Source: a virus
Taxonomy: Duplodnaviria; Caudoviricetes
Virus record (IMG/VR): IMGVR_UViG_2522572160_000003
DNA length: 64,000 nt
Direction: 5' to 3' (one strand)
Shown: one piece after another, positions 39,901 to 48,824 of the stretch
Numbering within the stretch: position 1 is the first letter of the stretch
Layout of the letters: the number at the start of each line of letters is the position of its first letter
Translations under genes and position numbers: made by a program
Notes under the pieces: generated by a model
What the model was told of the DNA's origin: nothing
Databases searched by the model: none
Seen by the model: the letters and a program-made list of their open reading frames with translations, nothing else

Positions 39901-40264
39901 AAAGAAAATCCCCTTCCCCCAAAATAGTAATTTTCTCGTCAATCAATCTCTGGATAGTATCATCCTCTAAAAATTTGGATCCATAGAACTTTTCATCTGG
40001 GCAATTAATGCTAAACTCCTGACGTGGAGCGGAGTCTCCATAATAAATAATGGTTTGATCAAAATACTTGTTTATCACATCGTACATGCCCTGGAGGACG
40101 CTATGGGCATGGTCCAGATTATCAATTCCAGCAGCGTTTTTCGCTTCTTTATCAAAAACTTTAGGCGCGCCGAAAAGCATGGCATATCTATTTCCGGCGT
40201 GAACCGTTGAAGTCAAAGCCATTGCCATAAAGATTATAGCAAATATGGCAGCTATTTTTCTCAT
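36965..40264 (-). CDS. Exported multidomain protein: caspase-like (C14) domain, two beta-domain/PASTA repeats, beta-rich C-terminus
   Basis: Signal peptide (VHA-G); RYAMLFG, GDFLFIYTHSHA (His) and LLIAHGC (Cys); PASTA-like PNFEG.....A......GF...KGIVL and PHLIG....AKKVL...GF...EGVVL. Confidence 0.7.
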   Translation of the reverse strand: MRKIAAIFAIIFMAMALTSTVHAGNRYAMLFGAPKVFDKEAKNAAGIDNLDHAHSVLQGMYDVINKYFDQTIIYYGDSAPRQEFSINCPDEKFYGSKFLEDDTIQRLIDEKITILGEGDFLFIYTHSHAIKNAMLTSNVKVLPNGEFVDLLNIDELNLHIDKTIRDRGAQSLLIAHGCYGVGEMGAGNEEGYIKYNKGSHLGLYTTANGQAKEERFWDAARGIIVPYKPNLLNLHYFVARVKERFPSPNMFEGVNNLPSDFPFIDKSPFVFIRSTDALIDSGLEATVSLYSDKNGNQCIGHVHMGNVVNGETVKSGKVELINDYVRNGRNLHVGIKYGNGIEGDIEAKIKPLVCAAQGKTTLVVDLPEVAKPKHFSVTKPKYILQDVEIKVVYNGGTYDLDAEIPYVEEVKSIEVKPVAWTDDVARAMREYTVTQKYSAVKKNIGVIKNGERINLEPNDLKIESNSIRPNFEGETINYAQKAAGLLGFKICSVAYSNETKKEKGIVLDSKFNKDKCLTLIVNQEVKRPRSFTVTNKEGIFPDVEIGIKYNNTLFSLGDQIDCIAGMNEIEVIPVRWEPSIAKFLTETDVTSKYRNKMRNISNFENYLEIVLSDNDLVVQNHPLPHLIGVESDLAKKVLEMMGFHAEPFEHKTDLSKKEGVVLALERTQDLSVTLTVNENNGGSLRCVEAGNPYIYYLTDLFSGEFERLEGNDEVFSGYTTNTVSISPMQGNVIISCFSPLLQSPYMYILMGPEDEMKSGPFYFQTCCKTNGQFVGTPIKLNSAPTIGGRDETLDYFAVQISPIEVLTFSHREMEWKLISFDGRQGDLVALTIEFTDTSYLACLFSAKGSARLLEKVLNTDAPPKEIHKLHLLKPEHWQTSKDESASDGGVNLIKFGNSLCCLSKGAGIAYLPNNSGCKEEILYHSKGSSDAVLSSDTFFNSKGLAMGFLRLQRVSNGAKTYRYIATVTRFDVEGRISSIPGEIDLTNYFDEAVAVAPENVKIYIKALDKDFRNLSSILIVNHEVTEQKGRVQVQNLKFLYNNRTKSWIVTKTDGYKDEIFDKRIPIKDVRLLTYNSEKEKVLYWEKSNNSNSVEFVRGF

Positions 40265-40277
40265 TTTAAACCCCCAA

Positions 40278-41759
40278 CTACCTAAAATTTATAGGTTTTG
40301 AAACGGCCAAAACACTTAGACCACCGTTACTAATTTCCCTGGTGATAAAATTAACACACTCGTTGTCACCATTGAGGCATGAAACCTGAAACCTATGCTC
40401 CAAAAGATAGACTTTGAAGAACATATCAGATGGCGGCTTTACGCCCGCTTTTCCCCAATCAATGGTCAGGGTTTTTTTCTGGAACTTATCAATATAGGAA
40501 TCGTTGTGGCGTATTAGCGGATAGGGGTAATCAGGTTCATTTCCATAATCAACTTCTAGTAAAACGTACCCCTCATGGCTGGACTCCACTTCCAAAGAAA
40601 TTTTGTCATCTAAAAATCTTTTTGAAACAATGTTAATTGCTGGCTTTGACTGTTTATTATCTACCCAATAAATTTGGGACAAACAGTCAAACTCATCTCT
40701 TTTACCCAAGATAACTTTACCGTTTACTCGTTCCACCGAATGAAAGTTTACTATTAATCCCAAGGCCTCTAACTCACTATTACTTCTTATAATATCGCCT
40801 CTTTTCACCAACATTGCGTGAGTGGCTGTTGCCGGCGCAAAAACGGCTTCACCATTATACAATTCGTTAAAAATTTTCCATGTTTCCACTCTGGGAATAA
40901 CTGAAACTTTGGTTCCCATACCAAAGAGATTGATCGCGTTCTCAATGTGATCAGGTAACTTAGATTTAATGTTTTCAGGCAATGATTCATCTATAATCAT
41001 ATCCAAAACCAACGGCCGCTCTGGATTTACAGCGTTATACCTACACAATAATGCAACGCCCATTATTCTTCCCAAAGATGCAGCATCGGCTGCTGGAGAG
41101 TCAGGGTAGCCTGAAATAAATTGGTAATCGCCTAACTTCCTTCCGCCATCTTTTGCGTAAAACTTATCGACGTTTCGATATTTTTCAGCCTTGAGAATTT
41201 TCTCGATTACACATGCTGCAGTATCAAAAGCTCCCTCTGCATTCCTTATCACCACTGTCAGTTTAACATCCTCATCGCTTTCACCGACATGGATATATCC
41301 AATGGATCTGGGCGCAGTTCTGCAAGGAAGTTGAGGTTTAATTCCTGGAGGGGGTTGAACATAATAGACAATATCGGTGTTCCCAAAAACATATGGAAGC
41401 ACACCTTCGGCACCATCAGTTGTCTTTTGCGCCTCAATCATTCCGCTTTCCAATTGCTTTCTGAGGCCATTCATTAACGTTGTCGTCTTTCCATAAGGAA
41501 TGCTAGGATAATCAGGGTTAGCAATAAGCAATAAAACCGGCAGGATATTCTCTGCCTTACAAACATCATATATTTCCTGGGCGCATTCCTGAATTTGTTC
41601 TTGATCGTCCTTCCTGCATTGCCTTTCTTTTGAAGAGATGCTGGAATCCCCGGAAAGGGAGGCACAGCCTGAAACAAATAGGCATAAAGCCATCATAAAT
41701 ACTGCGCACATCATGGTAGCCAAGCATTCTTTTACCTTATGACTTTTTTTGAATTGCAT
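40278..41759 (-). CDS. Putative lipoprotein
   Basis: Hydrophobic N-region ending in the lipobox-like VSGC; GGAGG RBS. Confidence 0.7.
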   Translation of the reverse strand: MQFKKSHKVKECLATMMCAVFMMALCLFVSGCASLSGDSSISSKERQCRKDDQEQIQECAQEIYDVCKAENILPVLLLIANPDYPSIPYGKTTTLMNGLRKQLESGMIEAQKTTDGAEGVLPYVFGNTDIVYYVQPPPGIKPQLPCRTAPRSIGYIHVGESDEDVKLTVVIRNAEGAFDTAACVIEKILKAEKYRNVDKFYAKDGGRKLGDYQFISGYPDSPAADAASLGRIMGVALLCRYNAVNPERPLVLDMIIDESLPENIKSKLPDHIENAINLFGMGTKVSVIPRVETWKIFNELYNGEAVFAPATATHAMLVKRGDIIRSNSELEALGLIVNFHSVERVNGKVILGKRDEFDCLSQIYWVDNKQSKPAINIVSKRFLDDKISLEVESSHEGYVLLEVDYGNEPDYPYPLIRHNDSYIDKFQKKTLTIDWGKAGVKPPSDMFFKVYLLEHRFQVSCLNGDNECVNFITREISNGGLSVLAVSKPINFR

Positions 41760-41899
41760 GTCCTCCCTCCCTGCATGCCAACTATACTATTAACGCGAAA
41801 GATCAGCTGTAACAGTTGAGTACTTGTTACACTCAGCAGAAGTCGCTTCTTCCAAATATAAACAAAACAGACACTACCCAAAATTACTGTTCATAGGTA

Positions 41900-42559
41900 T
41901 TATAATTGATAATTCTGGTAAAACTCCAAACGCTCCTCGTCATTCTCAAAAATCTTAAAACTGGAAATGCTGTTAAGAGCTTTAATCATGTCCCTTAATT
42001 GGGGGGTAATGTCTAAATTGGGCGTGCCATTTTTCTTGATGACCTCAAGCATGTCTTTTCCTATAATAATTTTAACGTTGCTTTTAACTCTTGAACGCAA
42101 TGCATCAGAGATATTATTAGGATAGGTGTTGGCTTCAGGCCCCACGATTCCGGTATGGATCGGAATGTTCAAAACGACTCCTTTGTCGAAGACAATTTGC
42201 CCGGAAAAATCGTATTCCACTTTTCCTTCCCAATGTTTGGCGGTTTCGCCGTGGTAGGTGGTTGTCTTTTCAACTAATTCCTTTTCATCGAATTTTCCAG
42301 TCAGCTTTACCTCGAGAAGATCTAAATCCGAATTTTGCTTGTCTAATTCCCCCCTTAATTCCTCCGCGATTTCTTTTCCTATCTGGGAAATTACACTGTC
42401 TGGGTCCATGTCAAACCCGCCATGATTCAGGATGGGTTCCGTTTCGGCGCCTTTCATAGAGGAGGCCTTTTGCAGCGGGTCATTGGCATTAGTCGATTGA
42501 ACCGCAATGATCATAAATGCTGAAATTAACAGTGATGTGATAAGTCTCATTTTGGTCAT
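41900..42559 (-). CDS. Exported hypothetical protein
   Basis: MTKMRLITSLLISAFMIIAVQSTNA signal peptide starting just after the SLT stop (ORF track start 42622). Confidence 0.75.
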   Translation of the reverse strand: MTKMRLITSLLISAFMIIAVQSTNANDPLQKASSMKGAETEPILNHGGFDMDPDSVISQIGKEIAEELRGELDKQNSDLDLLEVKLTGKFDEKELVEKTTTYHGETAKHWEGKVEYDFSGQIVFDKGVVLNIPIHTGIVGPEANTYPNNISDALRSRVKSNVKIIIGKDMLEVIKKNGTPNLDITPQLRDMIKALNSISSFKIFENDEERLEFYQNYQL

Positions 42560-42561
42560 TC

Positions 42562-43320
42562 CTATGCAGAAAAGCCGTAGTCCTTTTTTAAAATGGTTGC
42601 ATGCCGTAGGATGCGTTGGCAATAAACGTCCGGATCAATGGTTGTAGACCCATCTGTATAGTATATTTTACGCACGACCTTCTGGCCCTTAACGCCCTCC
42701 CTCCCTCTGTAGTAATATTGCAGGGCCATGCACCAGTCTTCATTTACTGATTTATCAAAATGTTGTTTTGGGTAGTCCTTAACTGACAAATCAAATTGCT
42801 TGCTTAGATAGTAGGCTCCTGCCATTATAGCCGTTTCCGGGTTGTTTCGGTTATCCCCAATATCTATGCCCCTTTCTTCTAACTCACATTGGATCTCCGT
42901 AAAAGTGGAATCTATAATTTGAGTCAGACCCTTGGCGGAAGACAATGGTTTTCCATTTTTGCCAATGGGAACGGCCTCAGGCCTACCTGAGGATTCCTGA
43001 TATATCAACCCGGCGATGATAGAAGGGGGGACTTTAAAGGTACGGGCAGCTTGCCAAACTTCTTTTTTGTATGGCACTACTGCTTTGGATATTATTTCCT
43101 TGTATTCTTTGGTGACGTTTTCAATGGGGCCGGTTTCGTTCTTGATGGAGTAATCTCTTTTATAAATCATCTCCCAGACCTCAAGATGTTTGCTGGCCTC
43201 CTTTAAAAGTTTCAATCCCTCTGACGCCGCAGCCATTCCGGAAAATATTATTGCCAGAATAATGAGCCAGCCCACACTATTTCCGAAATGTAAGATAAGT
43301 CGAGTTTTAATTTTACTCAT
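42562..43320 (-). CDS. Lytic transglycosylase (SLT/GH23 domain)
   Basis: IYQESSG (catalytic Glu), SAKGLTQI, NPETAI.AGAYYL, AL.YY; N-terminal signal/TM. Confidence 0.92.
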   Translation of the reverse strand: MSKIKTRLILHFGNSVGWLIILAIIFSGMAAASEGLKLLKEASKHLEVWEMIYKRDYSIKNETGPIENVTKEYKEIISKAVVPYKKEVWQAARTFKVPPSIIAGLIYQESSGRPEAVPIGKNGKPLSSAKGLTQIIDSTFTEIQCELEERGIDIGDNRNNPETAIMAGAYYLSKQFDLSVKDYPKQHFDKSVNEDWCMALQYYYRGREGVKGQKVVRKIYYTDGSTTIDPDVYCQRILRHATILKKDYGFSA

Positions 43321-43335
43321 TTCATATCCTGTTTC

Positions 43336-43788
43336 TCACTTACTTTCCACAAATTGAACAGATACTCCGCATCTGTTTAATCTCCCAGTCAAATCCACGG
43401 CGTCCACTCCTGATATGGATTCGTCAGTAATGAGCACAAAAGCGGTAACATCCTCCTCTTTTACGCTGTCCGCATCATTAAGGGCTTTTCGCAGCCCGGA
43501 GAGATCTGAATCATTCAGCCAAAAATGATCACCGTGAAATAATAATTCCACCTTTCCGCTACGTTTTACCGTTTTTACCACTAAAGATTTATCAACAACC
43601 TTATTCGGATCAAGTATAGCGTTGGCTTCAACAGGGATGGCCGGCACCCCGCCGCCCCCGGGATGGATAGTCATTAAGGCAAATGAAAAAAGCAGCATAA
43701 CCATGAATAAATAGGCGAACAGGTCCTTGCCGGGATCCTGCAGCGCCAAAAAAGGATCTTCCCGCCTGCAGCCGAATCGCCTACCCAT
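43336..43788 (-). CDS. ExbD/TolR-like protein
   Basis: Single TM starting with the conserved Asp (KDLFAYLFMVMLLFSF); C-terminal VLITDE.....AV.....L...G.SVQF; directly follows the ExbB-like gene. Confidence 0.75.
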   Translation of the reverse strand: MGRRFGCRREDPFLALQDPGKDLFAYLFMVMLLFSFALMTIHPGGGGVPAIPVEANAILDPNKVVDKSLVVKTVKRSGKVELLFHGDHFWLNDSDLSGLRKALNDADSVKEEDVTAFVLITDESISGVDAVDLTGRLNRCGVSVQFVESK

Positions 43789-44377
43789 TATTTTTCTCCT
43801 CAAAAGCGGGATCTGGGTTTGCATCCGCTTCCATAAGGCATTTTAATAGGGAAGAGATTCTATGATTAATTTTTTTTTCAAATGCTTTGAGCCTTGGTTG
43901 TGTCCTTACAGCAAGAAAAAAGATAATAACGGCGCCTATAGCTGAGCTTAATAGTGACGTCAATAGAGCCGTGTTCAACCCCCCCTCAAAAGCCTGCGAA
44001 ATAGCTTGCGTCGCTACCACATTCTGAGTGCTCAACGCCTTAGTCATCTCCTGAAACGCAAAAATGGTTCCATAGATCGTCCCAAAAAAACCCAAAAGAA
44101 TGGCTGAATTGACTACGCCGCCAATGCTGGCGACCTGGCTTGATATTTCAGTCTCATATTCCAACCACACCTGGTCAACGCAAGAATCCACCCATGATTG
44201 ATGATAGTTTACGCCTGGCTCAATGGGCAATAAGTCATCGATCCATGTCATGTCTTCTCTGGCTCTCAATTCGCCCCACACCTTGATTATTTTATATAAG
44301 ATTGCTATTGCCAAGCATACAAAAAGCAATACGAAAACCAGATCAAGGCTTTTGTATAGTTCAGACGGCGTCATCAC
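43781..44377 (-). CDS. MotA/TolQ/ExbB proton channel family protein
   Basis: Three TMs; AILLGFFGTIYGTIFAF and GGLNTALLTSLL signatures. Confidence 0.88.
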   Translation of the reverse strand: MMTPSELYKSLDLVFVLLFVCLAIAILYKIIKVWGELRAREDMTWIDDLLPIEPGVNYHQSWVDSCVDQVWLEYETEISSQVASIGGVVNSAILLGFFGTIYGTIFAFQEMTKALSTQNVVATQAISQAFEGGLNTALLTSLLSSAIGAVIIFFLAVRTQPRLKAFEKKINHRISSLLKCLMEADANPDPAFEEKNNG

Positions 44378-44551
44378 TTTCTACTTTCATTGTCTGTTGG
44401 ACTAAGAGCGCTCTCAAAAAATCAATATGCACTTTAAGGACAATGCGTTGAGTTTGAATCCCAACCCCAAAGGGATATTCACTCTCGTATTAAAGGCACC
44501 GATTTAAGGCGAGCTTTCTGAAAATAAAACTCTTGGTTCTGTTTTTGAAAC

Positions 44552-45256
44552 TTAAAGTCTGTTTACTATTTCGGGGTCAATGATTGTTTTATCCACTTGA
44601 GTGGGCGCATAACTGAGCCAAGCAAAAACCTGATCAATTCTGGAAACCATTTCATCAGGTACTAAGCCCATTTTTTCATTCTTTCTGTAGAGTTTCACTG
44701 CATCACTGCTTAAAAAGTCTAACTTTTCCTTGACAAACGAAGTACTGCCTGTAAAAGAGTCCACTTTAAACGATGGCGGATACTTGATGTTTTCTCTGAT
44801 TCTGTCGATTAACAAATCCACGCGCCCTATCCTGTCCTCCCATTTGCCGGCAGTTGAGTTGCTCAGTTCTTCAAATTCATCCTCTACGATTTGCTGGTCA
44901 GACGTCAACAACAGTTGAGCTTCCTCAGCAGTCATTTCATTGGCGACCAGTTCTTTTTCATATTTGCGCTTTACCAGCATTTTCTCAACCGCAAGTTGCT
45001 TTCTAAGCGTTGCTTCATAATCCTTGTAAACAATGGACTTATTGGCATGATAAACGGCTTCTTTGCAATCATTAAAGATGGAATCCTGCACAAGAAGGCT
45101 AATAATTTCTTTGTTGCTGATTTTGCTTGATTCTTCGTCAATCTCACGTTTAAGTTCCTTATTGCTTTCCTCATAGGATCCTGCAGAAGATTCCCCCACT
45201 TGAAAAGCCACTGCTAAAACCAATAACACACAAAAAACTATTCTATAATGGCGCAT
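44552..45256 (-). CDS. Exported helical/coiled-coil hypothetical protein
   Basis: Signal peptide MRHYRIVFCVLLVLAVAFQVGESSA; AAGGGAG RBS (ORF track start 45283). Confidence 0.75.
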   Translation of the reverse strand: MRHYRIVFCVLLVLAVAFQVGESSAGSYEESNKELKREIDEESSKISNKEIISLLVQDSIFNDCKEAVYHANKSIVYKDYEATLRKQLAVEKMLVKRKYEKELVANEMTAEEAQLLLTSDQQIVEDEFEELSNSTAGKWEDRIGRVDLLIDRIRENIKYPPSFKVDSFTGSTSFVKEKLDFLSSDAVKLYRKNEKMGLVPDEMVSRIDQVFAWLSYAPTQVDKTIIDPEIVNRL

Positions 45257-45315
45257 AATTATCTCCCTTACAAGATTACTCATCTAAGATGCCATTGTTA
45301 TTGCCAAAAAGCCCT

Positions 45316-46326
45316 CTAATCCAAAGTTAACCCTTTGTAGCGGGCCAATCTTTCATCGTTGCTTTCTCCAACATTGATGTTGGGCATTCCGCTTGGATTG
45401 TTTTTGTACTTTTCATCTAGTATACGTAAAGATTCCAAGCCTTCGTCTCTCATTAGCTTGTTCACATTATCCATTGCGGCTCCTGTTTTATCCATAGCTA
45501 AACTGAGATTCCTAAAAGCTATTATGCCTTCACGGAAAGACTTTGAGGCTATAATCATATCATCGCTGAAAGCCCCTGTATTCACCTGAGAAAACTTACG
45601 AAATAAGCGAATAAAATGACTATGGAACTTATCAGCGGCAGGGAGAAAACTATTTTTCATCAACAAGGCATTATCCTTCATTACCTTGTTGAATTGTTCA
45701 AGAAACTCGTTCTCCACTTTCATACTTTCATAGCTGACAATAATATTTTCAATTCTATCAAACTTTCTATCTATCGTATTTTGTAGCCTCGCCTTGCAGG
45801 AATCATTCCTACATCCTTTTTGTTCGTTAATAAGCCGTTTAATTTCTTTTTCTAAGGCTTCCTTGCCGCGAACCAGTTCACGACGCCTCTGTGGGATTTC
45901 GGCGTTCATTCCCCGCTCGGAAATGGCTTCAATCTCATCCACCCCTCTAATTACCATTTCTTTCAAGCTATTGACATTTTCAGTGGTGGATGAGGCATTC
46001 TTTGCCAAAGGGGAGTTCAACTTCACCACCGCAAGTCTAATTTTTAATGTGAGATTTTTACTCAAATCTTCAGGAACCTGGCCGTTGTAGCGGGATTCTG
46101 CCTCTTCCCATTCATTAATTATCTTGTCAATTTCAGTTTTGAATTCAACCATAGCCTTGGCAACTCCGTCTAACCCACTAACTGCATCCCCAGTAGCGTC
46201 TGTTATCCCCTTGATAGTTGTCACGGCTTGGTGAATGGATTCTTCCGTGGTGACTGCATGGCAAACAGGCGAAAACACCACTCCCATGAGCAGGATTGCC
46301 AAAAGAACTTTCCGTATTACTAACAT
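45316..46326 (-). CDS. Exported coiled-coil hypothetical protein
   Basis: Signal peptide (VCHA); heptad-rich helices; AAGGAGG RBS. Confidence 0.78.
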   Translation of the reverse strand: MLVIRKVLLAILLMGVVFSPVCHAVTTEESIHQAVTTIKGITDATGDAVSGLDGVAKAMVEFKTEIDKIINEWEEAESRYNGQVPEDLSKNLTLKIRLAVVKLNSPLAKNASSTTENVNSLKEMVIRGVDEIEAISERGMNAEIPQRRRELVRGKEALEKEIKRLINEQKGCRNDSCKARLQNTIDRKFDRIENIIVSYESMKVENEFLEQFNKVMKDNALLMKNSFLPAADKFHSHFIRLFRKFSQVNTGAFSDDMIIASKSFREGIIAFRNLSLAMDKTGAAMDNVNKLMRDEGLESLRILDEKYKNNPSGMPNINVGESNDERLARYKGLTLD

Positions 46327-46367
46327 GCCTTCCTCCTTGATTAGTGGAAATATGGGCCTTTTACTAT

Positions 46368-46874
46368 TTATTGCTGCACATAACCAGGATCAACCTTTTT
46401 CAACAGGCGTTTAGAGCAAAGCTCAACTTTTTTAGCCCGTCCGTCCATAGTTGAAAGGCTCCAGTCATAGATCGCGCGAAGAAACTCTTGGTCAGCCGCC
46501 CTCAGTTTCAATCTACCACCGGCTTGAGAATCTTCAATATTTGAAAAATATTGACATGAGGCCGCTACAAAATTCTCCATTTGGCTTTCCTTGTTAAAAG
46601 CCTTGATCGCTTCCACAAGCACGTCGTTGTCAACCCTCCGGTTGGCGTCAAGAATCTTGACAATCATAGCCATTCTGGCATCCGCATACCTGGAGTTGTC
46701 TTTAGTTTCGCGGAAAAACCTGTCAATTTCGGAATTTGACAACTCTGATACCGGCATAGTTTGCATTTGATCTACCGTCAAAGGGGCCGCCGATGGTTGG
46801 GGAGATTTTTCAACACACCCCGCCAATGATAAAGCCATAAGAACTGCTGCAATAATTGTCATCTTTCTCCTCAT
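46368..46874 (-). CDS. Lipoprotein
   Basis: Canonical lipobox LAGC after a basic/hydrophobic signal. Confidence 0.85.
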   Translation of the reverse strand: MRRKMTIIAAVLMALSLAGCVEKSPQPSAAPLTVDQMQTMPVSELSNSEIDRFFRETKDNSRYADARMAMIVKILDANRRVDNDVLVEAIKAFNKESQMENFVAASCQYFSNIEDSQAGGRLKLRAADQEFLRAIYDWSLSTMDGRAKKVELCSKRLLKKVDPGYVQQ

Positions 46875-46930
46875 AGTATCTCCCCTTTCTGACCTTCTAC
46901 ATTGGGTGCTATAGTAAAAACGCCTATTAA

Positions 46931-48073
46931 CTATTTAACCTGTACTATGCCCTTTTCTATGAAAAACGCTGCATCAGGATCCTGATTTATTAAGTCGCCG
47001 GGCAACAATTTCCAACCCTGTCCATCATCATAATACAACGGTATGATAAACGCTTGGCCCCTGGAGTCCACACCTGCATTTGAAGTCAAACGCCCGGCCG
47101 CCATTCTTACGGATAACATGCAATTAGGGGAATTCCTTTGGGACGTATGCCACTTTCGTACTGCATTTAATTTATTAAAAAAATAGCCGCAGTATTGTTT
47201 AGGAACAACGTAGTAGACGCGCTCAATTTTGCTTGAGCCAACTTCCTTGGAATACTTTTTTCGCCAAGCACGTAGTTCCTCTTCATGGTCATCCACGCAA
47301 GCCTCAATTTTAATCGGATACACAGCATCCAACTCGTCATCTTGAACCCAATCAAAATCACGAAAAGAACTCTTTATAAAAATACCGCCGTTGCTTGAAA
47401 TCAGCGCCAACTTCATATTCAAATAGGGATAAAGAGTTTTTAACATGTATCCTCTCGAATTTTTTATCTCCCAGGAAACATTCCCATCCCCGTCCCAGGA
47501 GGCGCTGTTAAGATCGTTGTGCAAAGAAAAAAAATCGTTTTCTATGCTCTCCGAGGTTTCAACTCCCTGTACGGATGTGAGCGTTTCAAAAGCAGACGTC
47601 TTTTCCTCCTCCTTTTGATTTTCTTGCTCCTGCACTTCTTCTTTCTGGGGATCTGGCTTCATTTCGGGCTTAGCGTCATCACTGTCAGCATGTTCGTCAG
47701 CTGATTCCCCTGCAGTCTGAGTTTCCTCTTCCTGCGGGCTTTCATCCTTCTCAATTCGTTTATCCGATTCCACCCCCAACGTGGTGGTTTCATCCATTGC
47801 ACCATCCGGCTTTTCACTCAGTTGTTCTGCACCGACATCTTTCGTATCTTTGGCCGCATTGGAATTATGATCTGTAGGTGTATTTGGAGAAGAGGGGGTT
47901 GGAGGCGTCGAACCGGGAAAAGGCTTTCCTGTCTCAACATATCCTGAAGAATCATCTGATTTTCCCCCGCCAACCAGGGGTGCGGCCATCTGCCATAAAA
48001 AGAGAATTATAGCCAAAATGACAACCGCAATCAGCAGGTAATTCAATTCCTTTCTCAACTTGTCCCTTTGCAT
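46931..48073 (-). CDS. Membrane-anchored protein with Pro/acidic disordered linker and C-terminal globular domain (TonB/TolA-like architecture)
   Basis: N-terminal TM, PFPGSTPPTPSSPNTP, ~130 aa E/D/K-rich linker, then a folded domain; first gene of the operon. Confidence 0.7.
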   Translation of the reverse strand: MQRDKLRKELNYLLIAVVILAIILFLWQMAAPLVGGGKSDDSSGYVETGKPFPGSTPPTPSSPNTPTDHNSNAAKDTKDVGAEQLSEKPDGAMDETTTLGVESDKRIEKDESPQEEETQTAGESADEHADSDDAKPEMKPDPQKEEVQEQENQKEEEKTSAFETLTSVQGVETSESIENDFFSLHNDLNSASWDGDGNVSWEIKNSRGYMLKTLYPYLNMKLALISSNGGIFIKSSFRDFDWVQDDELDAVYPIKIEACVDDHEEELRAWRKKYSKEVGSSKIERVYYVVPKQYCGYFFNKLNAVRKWHTSQRNSPNCMLSVRMAAGRLTSNAGVDSRGQAFIIPLYYDDGQGWKLLPGDLINQDPDAAFFIEKGIVQVK

Positions 48074-48494
48074 TGACGCACCCTTCCGAAAAAAGTCACA
48101 AGATTCAGTTTCTCACAAAATGACATGATAAGTTTAAGGTGTGCACCTTGCATTAAAAGGATAAAGACCGCATTGCACATATACTTCACTGCTCCCAAAC
48201 TGATTTGCAGAAATGAATCAAAAGGCCGGGGCCTATATGAAGATATTATCTTGTATTAGAGCGTCATACTAATTACCCTAACAAACAAAAGTCAAGTCAA
48301 TTTTTAGATGTTTTTTTTATTGCTTTAGGGCAAAGAATTCGTCTTTGCCATTTTCGTTATCCCAAGCCTTCGGGAAAATGTGCGGATTAGGATTCTACGT
48401 GATTTTTGATTGTTTAATGGATTATTTGGCCACTCACAACAATTTTTTAATTTGCATAAAATACAGATATTAGTTTGAAAGTTATTAGAATGAT

Positions 48495-48824
48495 TTAAAG
48501 GACAATGCCAGAGGAGTACCTTTTGGGCAGGGCCAAGGGAGTAGCTGTCTCTGCTTGCGCAGAGGTCCCTTTTTCACCAAAATTGAAATCAGCGCTGACA
48601 ATATGAAGAAGCGGTCCGTTCTGGTAGTCCTTCGACATCAAAACTAATTCATTTCCAACAGAATGAATCTCCTTAATATTTAGCCGTTCTCTATTGGGAT
48701 CGATTATTCTTTTTAGCAGCGCATCATATGAACCCAAGAGATTATCCCCTTGTTCCAGTTGGCAAATCTCCCCCCCAGTTCGAGCCTTGTAAAAATAACT
48801 TCCACACGCCGCCACAGCAAAGTC
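48495..48824 (-). pseudogene. 5'-truncated paralog of the 53868-54989 gene
   Basis: DFAVAACGSYFYKA...GDNLL...IKEIHSVGNELVLM...IVSADF...LPKRYSSGIVL aligns with DMAVSPCGKYFYEA...EDNFL...VKKIFPIADMIVVL...LISAKF...LENKYKSMIVL; in-frame stop just upstream. Confidence 0.65.

Noticed and set aside
43336-44377. Zorya ZorAB or flagellar MotAB
   Set aside because: The A subunit has no long cytoplasmic tail and the B subunit has no OmpA-like domain; ExbD/TolR features fit better.
20778-48073. Canonical Tol-Pal, Ton uptake, T4SS or T6SS locus
   Set aside because: No Pal, TonB-dependent receptor, VirB4/VirD4, secretin or Tss motifs recognised. Remote homology cannot be excluded without HMM searches.
20578-48336. 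13-bp repeat tttagggcaaaga on both sides of the big operon as att sites
   Set aside because: Many 13-mer repeats are expected by chance in 64 kb, and no integrase or tRNA target is visible.
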